The notes beneath the pieces were generated by a model. The model was not told where the DNA came from, made no database searches, and worked only from the letters and a program-made list of their open reading frames with translations. Positions 63,585 through 64,000 of a DNA stretch of 64,000 nucleotides are shown one piece after another (position 1 is the first letter of the stretch; every line of letters begins with the position of its first letter). A program made the translations under genes and the position numbers. The stretch is taken from NCBI RefSeq assembly GCF_004010195.1, contig NC_057744.1:18789107-18853106 (forward strand), read 5' to 3'. This stretch comes from Chiloscyllium plagiosum. Its lineage: Eukaryota.

Positions 63585-63866
63585 GAGTGACCAGAAGGTG
63601 GAAGGGACGGGTAGCTTGCTGGGTTGTTGGAGTTCTGTATTCTATGCACTATTTTTTAATCTAATTGGACTGCCTTATATGTATTTGTTACTGTTACTAT
63701 TTTGTGATGACTGAAAGTAGGATCTTGGAGTGACCAGAGGTGGAAGGGACGGGTAGCTTGCTGGGTTGTTGGAGGTTCTGTATTCTATGCACTATTTTTT
63801 AATCTAATTGGACTGCCTTATATGTATTTGTTACTGTTACTATTTTGTGATGACTGAAAGTAGGAT
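63585..63866. repeat. Near-perfect ~140-bp tandem duplication
   Basis: 63585-63723 closely matches 63728-63866. Confidence 0.9.
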
Positions 63867-64000
63867 TTGAGGTTTGTCCTCATTTCCCTGAAAACTGGTT
63901 GAATGGTGGAGTTTGGTGCCTGGCTTTGCTGCTCCTCTCCCTTGTAAATTGCTATTTATCTGTCTATAGGTGTTAATGTTAATTGTTTGTAAACTGTATT

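Overview
Vertebrate genomic DNA. The repeat landscape (CR1-type LINEs, tRNA-head SINEs, Penelope-like elements) suggests a cartilaginous fish, but that is my inference. Most ORFs in the supplied track are spurious or LINE fragments, and the real genes are spliced. Reading exons and splice sites by hand gives four loci. (1) A 3-exon NNMT/INMT/PNMT-family methyltransferase pseudogene (+, 9060-14063) with several frameshifts and a stop. (2) A Ly6/uPAR three-finger, GPI-type gene (-, exons 23490-23618 and 20324-20544); its signal-peptide exon was not found. (3) An intact 74-aa ANAPC13 (-, 36754-36852 and 35044-35169). (4) An intact ~233-aa THYN1 EVE-domain gene (+, 7 coding exons, 46624-60307), head-to-head with ANAPC13 across a compact CpG-rich promoter beside a 31-bp minisatellite. 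The most striking non-genic signal is a recurring class of ~200-bp fold-back insertions. Each is built from two inverted Penelope-type terminal repeats with a minimal hammerhead-ribozyme-like core near the apex and a 13-15-bp target-site duplication. Four examples from two families are present, along with a decayed Penelope RT/GIY-YIG element split by a young CR1. There are two assembly gaps (26318-26817 and 41695-42351).
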